Assembly (NCBI GenBank): GCA_046483495.1
Contig: JAWODC010000052.1
Location: forward strand, 1 to 32,168
Direction of reading: 5' to 3'
Length of the DNA stretch: 32,168 nt
DNA from: Desulfobacterales bacterium
GTDB taxonomy: Bacteria; Desulfobacterota; Desulfobacteria; Desulfobacterales; UBA5616
The notes below the pieces were generated by a model. The model worked only from the letters and a program-made list of their open reading frames with translations. It did not search any database and had not been told where the DNA came from. The position numbers and the translations under genes were made by a program. How positions within the stretch are numbered: position 1 is the stretch's first letter; every line of letters starts with the position of its first letter. This document shows positions 27,323 to 32,168 of this stretch, piece by piece.

Positions 27323-28642
27323 TTATGAAGGTAATTTTTTGACCGGTTTCCTGATCTTTCCCGGTCCTGCCGCGAAGATCAGAATACAGGACATAAAAAT
27401 CAGAAAAATGCAGGTGGTAAACGGGAGTGCGTATGAACCGGACAGGTCACGAAGCAGACCGCTGACATATGCCCCCGTTGCCCCGCCGATGCCGCCGCCG
27501 ACCGCAATGACGGCGAAAATTTTTCCAAAATTTCTGCCCAGAAAAATATCAGCGGTGACGGCGGGAATCAAGGGGGCAACGGCGCCGTATCCCATACCGA
27601 ACAGCAGCCCGAAAAGCAGCGGCATGGGGCCCTTTACCATGGAAACGGCCAAAAGGGCTCCGATGCCGGCCACCGCCACGACATCGGCAATGAGCTTTGT
27701 TCGCTCACGGCCGAGAATATCCGAAAGATATCCAAAGCATATTTTACCGGCTGATCCGGAAATGCCGGCGATGCCGAAAAAATAAGCGGCCATTTTTCGT
27801 TCCATACCCGAATCCACCATGGCCGATACCGCGTGAAGCAGTACGCTTTGATTGGCAAACGCAACAGCGAAAAATGTCGCGCATAAAATCCAAAAGCGGC
27901 GTGTCCGCCATGCTTTTTGTAAATCCCATTCCACGTTCGCCCATGCCTCATCGACGATAACCAGTTCCCGTTTGGGTTTGCCGGCCGACTGCTCCTCAGT
28001 GGGCGGAAAGCCGTCCGGGATCTGGTGAACGTCCTCCGGGCCTCGCCGGGTCAAGATGATATTGATCGGGAGGACGATAAACAACACGATGCCGGCGAGG
28101 TAACGATACGCGCTTCGCCAGCCAAACGCCGTGATAAGCCTTTCAGCGAAAGGCACCATCAGCAGCATGCCGAATCCGATACCGGCCATGGCGATTCCCA
28201 GAGCGAGTCCTCTTTTCCGTTCGAACCATCGGGGAATAAATACGGAATGCGATACGAATCCCAGAAAACTCATGGCCGATCCGGCCATAAGCCCGTAAGC
28301 CGCCTGGAAATGCCACAAACTCTGAGCGCGGCTGGTCAAAACAAGCGCCAGCGCCAGGAAAAAGGCACCCGCCGGAATGACCGCCCGGGGACCGAACCGG
28401 TCCTGAAGGTGTCCGGCTGCGAATCCCATGATCGCGTGGGAAAGAATAAAAAGGGAAAAAATGCTGGATGCCGCCGCTCGACTCCATTCGAACTCCCGGA
28501 TAATGGCGAGGATAAAGACCGAAAATGAATACCAAACGCCGAATGCGATTCCCAGGGTTACAAACGCAACGAGTACGATGATCCATCCATAAAAGAAAAC
28601 CGGTGTATGTCGGCCTTTTTTGGAAACGGCGGCATGCATCAT
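27323..28642 (-). CDS. MFS transporter (OFA/MCT-like)
   Basis: FYGWIIV, GHLQDRFGPR, RWFERKRGLALG and GYLSDILGR motifs; about 12 TM segments. Confidence 0.9.
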   Translation of the reverse strand: MMHAAVSKKGRHTPVFFYGWIIVLVAFVTLGIAFGVWYSFSVFILAIIREFEWSRAAASSIFSLFILSHAIMGFAAGHLQDRFGPRAVIPAGAFFLALALVLTSRAQSLWHFQAAYGLMAGSAMSFLGFVSHSVFIPRWFERKRGLALGIAMAGIGFGMLLMVPFAERLITAFGWRSAYRYLAGIVLFIVLPINIILTRRGPEDVHQIPDGFPPTEEQSAGKPKRELVIVDEAWANVEWDLQKAWRTRRFWILCATFFAVAFANQSVLLHAVSAMVDSGMERKMAAYFFGIAGISGSAGKICFGYLSDILGRERTKLIADVVAVAGIGALLAVSMVKGPMPLLFGLLFGMGYGAVAPLIPAVTADIFLGRNFGKIFAVIAVGGGIGGATGAYVSGLLRDLSGSYALPFTTCIFLIFMSCILIFAAGPGKIRKPVKKLPS

Positions 28643-29130
28643 ATCAGATCCTCCACATCGGGGGATTTACAGTTTATAAAGCACCGAGACGGCGATCGAA
28701 GCACGTGACAAGCTCGAAACCCAAGGGGTTCGGATTATAGTGCAAAACCGTGTAAGTAAATCATGAAGTCCGGGAAACGAAAGCTGAAGTCAACCCTCTA
28801 AATAAAAAACGGTCCGGCGTCAAGGTCCAATAATGATTGTTTTTGGAAAGGATGAACCGGCGAATGGCAAAAACCGGCTCTGCTCTTCGAAATGAAAGCC
28901 GAAATAAAATTGAATGAATATACATTTTCCAGGATTCGATGCTACATATTTTAATTTATTTTCAATCCGGATTTTGGAAGATAAAATTATATCTCATTTA
29001 AAGCAACCGGACCCCGCCATAGCCGTTTCCTGCCGGCATTCACCGGTGGCTCAGCATTGAGCATCGTCCAAAGGATATTTAGCCCTTCGGGCCGTGTACG
29101 AATATATGTGAACGAAAGGAGATACACCAA

Positions 29131-30519
29131 ATGAGCACGGTCGGAAAAACAGCGGCTGTATACGGCTGCCTTTTTCTTTTAATGATTGGCTCCGCATCAG
29201 GGGCCGAATTTTTGGAACATGTGACGGAAAACCGATTGCCCAACGGCTTGAAGGTCATCCTTCTGGAAAATCATAAATCGCCGACCGTCACGTTTCAGGT
29301 ATGGTACCGGGCCGGGTCGCGAAATGATCCATGGGGAAAAACCGGGCTGGCTCATGTTTTCGAGCACCTGATGTTTAAAGGAACACCCAATGTAAGCAAA
29401 GAAGACTTCACCCGCAGAATCGAAGCGATCGGCGGCAATTTCAACGCATTTACGTCACACGATTATGCCGCTTATTTTGAAAATGCAGCCGTTGATCATT
29501 TGGAAGTTCCGATCTTTCTGGAAGCTGATCGGATGGCAAACCTCGTTTTCACCGAAGCCGAATTTCAAACCGAAAAAATGGTCGTCATGGAGGAGCGGAG
29601 GCTCAGGACCCAGGATCAGCCCAAGGCTTTTTTGATGGAGCAGGTCGCGGCTGTTGCGTTTCAAGCACAGCCGTATCATTGGCCGGTGATCGGGTGGATG
29701 GGTGATTTGAATCGCATTGACTTTCATGACGGGTTGGCGTTTTACAAAAAATATTACGATCCGGCAAATGCATTTATCGTGGCGGTCGGTGATTTTCAAA
29801 AAGACAGGATCCTGGCGGCGATATCGAAGCGTTTCGGCGGCCTGCCGATGTCGGAAGTGCCCGAGAATTATCGGTATCAGGATCCGCCGCAGATGGGGCC
29901 GCGGCAGGTGATTGTCAGCAGGGAGGCCGCATTGCCGTTTGCCGTTATCGGATATCATGTCCCGAATCTTTCCGAACCGGACGGATATGTACTGGAAGTT
30001 CTCTCCGCAATTTTGTCAGGCGGGAGAAGCGCTCGGATTTACGAAAATCTTGTTCGGGGCAAGCGGGTCGCAATTTCCGCCGGTGCAAGCTATTCATTTT
30101 TATCCGCGGATCCCCCGTTATTTTATTTGTATGCTGAACCGCTTCCCGGAAAAGGCGCGGAGGAAGTCAAAAAAGCGCTTACCGAGGAAATCAACAAGCT
30201 TCAGGAGACCCGGGTCAGTGACCGCGAGCTTGAAAAAGCGAAAAATCAATTGGAGGCGGCGTTTATTTTCGGACAGGATTCTTTTTTCTTCCAGGGAATG
30301 CTGCTTGCCCGCTACGAAATCGCATCTTCCTGGAAGGACATTCGAAAATATATTCCGATGATCCGCGCCGTTTCGGTGGACGATATCCGCCGTGTCGCCC
30401 GGACGTATTTTCAAACCCGAAACAGGACGGTCGGTCTTTTGATACCGGAAAAATATGAAGAAGGCGGAGAGAACGCCCCAAACCGGAAGCCCGCGGAACG
30501 TTCAGGGGGAAAGCAATGA
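29131..30519 (+). CDS. M16B zinc peptidase, catalytic subunit
   Basis: Signal-like N-terminus, LPNGLKV, GLAHVFEHLMFKGT (HxxEH), NAFTS and VVMEERR; AAGGAG RBS. Confidence 0.93.
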   Translation: MSTVGKTAAVYGCLFLLMIGSASGAEFLEHVTENRLPNGLKVILLENHKSPTVTFQVWYRAGSRNDPWGKTGLAHVFEHLMFKGTPNVSKEDFTRRIEAIGGNFNAFTSHDYAAYFENAAVDHLEVPIFLEADRMANLVFTEAEFQTEKMVVMEERRLRTQDQPKAFLMEQVAAVAFQAQPYHWPVIGWMGDLNRIDFHDGLAFYKKYYDPANAFIVAVGDFQKDRILAAISKRFGGLPMSEVPENYRYQDPPQMGPRQVIVSREAALPFAVIGYHVPNLSEPDGYVLEVLSAILSGGRSARIYENLVRGKRVAISAGASYSFLSADPPLFYLYAEPLPGKGAEEVKKALTEEINKLQETRVSDRELEKAKNQLEAAFIFGQDSFFFQGMLLARYEIASSWKDIRKYIPMIRAVSVDDIRRVARTYFQTRNRTVGLLIPEKYEEGGENAPNRKPAERSGGKQ

Positions 30520-31874
30520 TCACATACATGTTTTTACGGTGTTCAGTGGCATGCCGCATGTTCGGCATTTTTCTCATTGTTTTATTGTGGGGGCAGACGG
30601 TACCGGCAGCGGTTTCTGTTGAAACAATCGAGTTGCCGAACCAAATGGTGGTGTTGATTTCCGAGGAGCATTCCCTGCCGTTCGTGACATTGAATCTGCT
30701 GATGGATGCAGGCGCCTGGCGGGATCCTCCCCGGAAGGCCGGCCTTGCGAACCTCACGGCTGAATCCATGCTGCTTGGCACGGAAATCCGTTCGGTTTCC
30801 GAAATCAATGAGATGCTGGATTACCTGGGGGCATCGCTCGATGTCTCGTGCAGTTTTGACTACACGGTTCTGAGCCTGAAAAGCTTGAAGAAGGAATTCT
30901 CCCGAAGCTTTGACCTTTTCCTGGAAATCTTGACCGGGCCATCGTTTCCGGCAGAGGAGATCCGACAGGAAAAAGAAAGGATTCTTGGGATCATTGCATC
31001 GGAAACAGACGCTCCCACCCGATATGCCATGAAACGGTTCAGGGAAGCCGTTTACCTGGACGGGCCGTACAGCCGACCGGTGAAAGGAACGGAAAGTACA
31101 TTGTCCGCGCTGGATCGAGAAGACGTAAGCCGATTTTACCGCAGTTTTTACCAGCCGAAGACCGCCATTCTTTCGGTCGTCGGCGACATTACCGCACAGG
31201 AGGTCAGAGACAATCTTTTGCCGAGGCTTTCCCAATGGGAAAATGCCGAAATCCCGGATCGGTCCGTCGATACGCAATTTGCTTCCGGGCCGAAAATGAC
31301 CAAGGAAGATCGTCCCCTGTCGCAGGCCAATATCGTTTTAGGGCATCGTGGTATTCAACGGAATGCTCCGGACTACTATGCCGTCTCCGTGATGAACCGC
31401 ATTCTTGGCGGCGGGGGGTTGGCATCCCGGCTGATGAAGACGGTTCGTATTGAAAAGGGGCTTGCTTATTCCGTTTACAGCACCTTTTCGGCCCGCAAAT
31501 ATCCAGGCGCCTTCAGGGTCGTACTGCAAACAAGCAATGATTCGGCATCCGAAGCGATAGAATTGGTTCGCGAAGAAATGAAGCGTATTCAGCAGGAGCC
31601 GGTGTCTGAAACCGAATTGGAAACGGCCAAGAAATACCTGATCGGCAGCTTTCCCCTGCGATTGGATACGCAGGCAAGCCTGGCGGCTTTCATGACTCAG
31701 GTGGTCTATTACGAACTTGGGCTCGATTATCCGGAACGGTATCCATCATTGATCCGTGCCGTCACTTCGGAGGACGTGCTGCAAGCGGCCGAACAGCACC
31801 TGTATCCCGATGAATTGATCATCAGCATCATCGGTGATATCGAAGCGATCGAGACCGGCGCTGCCGCTCCGTAA
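30516..31874 (+). CDS. M16B peptidase partner subunit (non-catalytic)
   Basis: GLANLTAESMLLGT lacks HxxEH; carries SRLMKTVRIEKGLAY (R/Y pair); ATGA overlap with the upstream gene. Confidence 0.92.
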   Translation: MITYMFLRCSVACRMFGIFLIVLLWGQTVPAAVSVETIELPNQMVVLISEEHSLPFVTLNLLMDAGAWRDPPRKAGLANLTAESMLLGTEIRSVSEINEMLDYLGASLDVSCSFDYTVLSLKSLKKEFSRSFDLFLEILTGPSFPAEEIRQEKERILGIIASETDAPTRYAMKRFREAVYLDGPYSRPVKGTESTLSALDREDVSRFYRSFYQPKTAILSVVGDITAQEVRDNLLPRLSQWENAEIPDRSVDTQFASGPKMTKEDRPLSQANIVLGHRGIQRNAPDYYAVSVMNRILGGGGLASRLMKTVRIEKGLAYSVYSTFSARKYPGAFRVVLQTSNDSASEAIELVREEMKRIQQEPVSETELETAKKYLIGSFPLRLDTQASLAAFMTQVVYYELGLDYPERYPSLIRAVTSEDVLQAAEQHLYPDELIISIIGDIEAIETGAAAP

Positions 31875-31894
31875 ATCATGATGCGAATGGAGGT

Positions 31895-32168
31895 GGATCG
31901 GGTCTTAATCCCCCCCATCCCGGCCTTCCCCCTCCAGGGGTGAAGGGGACATGTTTCGCCGGTTGAATTTTGATCCAATGCCGACTTTTTCCTTTAAATC
32001 CCTTAAGCGGCTTCGCCGTAAATTTCAGGTTCTACGCCCGCCTCTCATCGAAATCGGGATCGGGATCGAAATCGGGATCGTTTTTTTCTTTTTTTCGATA
32101 CCGATACCGATCCCGATACCGACACCGACATCGAATGCTTCTCTTAAAATGACCGATCCTATGTAAAG
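31895..32168. mobile_element. MITE/REPIN-like element, copy 2 (truncated by the window end)
   Basis: 31904-31953 is identical to 19010-19059, and similarity to 19060-19263 continues to the last base of the window. Confidence 0.72.

Noticed and set aside
28643..29130. Hidden gene or RNA in the AT-rich 490-bp divergent gap
   Set aside because: No ORF of 60 aa or more and no convincing structure or repeat; consistent with an ordinary divergent promoter region.
30516..31874. Second M16 gene as a pseudogene because HxxEH is missing
   Set aside because: This is the normal non-catalytic partner of heterodimeric M16B peptidases; the R/Y pair is present and the frame is intact.

Overview
Bacterial chromosomal window of roughly 50% GC. 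Gene content and the 5S sequence suggest an anaerobe of the Desulfobacterota type (inference). It opens with a broken M48 peptidase fragment, a 100-nt 75%-GC segment and a 5S rRNA with no 23S gene in front of it, which may be a chimeric contig start. nadE follows, then a long run of CoA-thioester genes: enoyl-CoA hydratase, FabG-like SDR, ADP-forming acyl-CoA synthetase alpha subunit, icmF, two acyl-CoA dehydrogenases, a MaoC dehydratase pair, PaaI thioesterase, type II pantothenate kinase, family III CoA transferase and a FabK/NMO-like flavoprotein. Also present are an ArsR/SmtB plus metal permease module, two MFS transporters and an M16 peptidase pair. Two things stand out. (1) A dispersed non-coding repeat family at four intergenic loci, including a ~450-bp element with 50-bp terminal inverted repeats, a second truncated copy, and an internal small ORF whose differences between copies are mostly synonymous. 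(2) A Cys-rich PAS sigma-54 activator facing a consensus sigma-54 promoter upstream of an NrfH-like tetraheme cytochrome (no nrfA in the window) and a CoA-disulfide-reductase/NADH-oxidase-family enzyme. No transposase, integrase, tRNA or CRISPR array was seen. All calls come from reading motifs by eye; no database searches were run.
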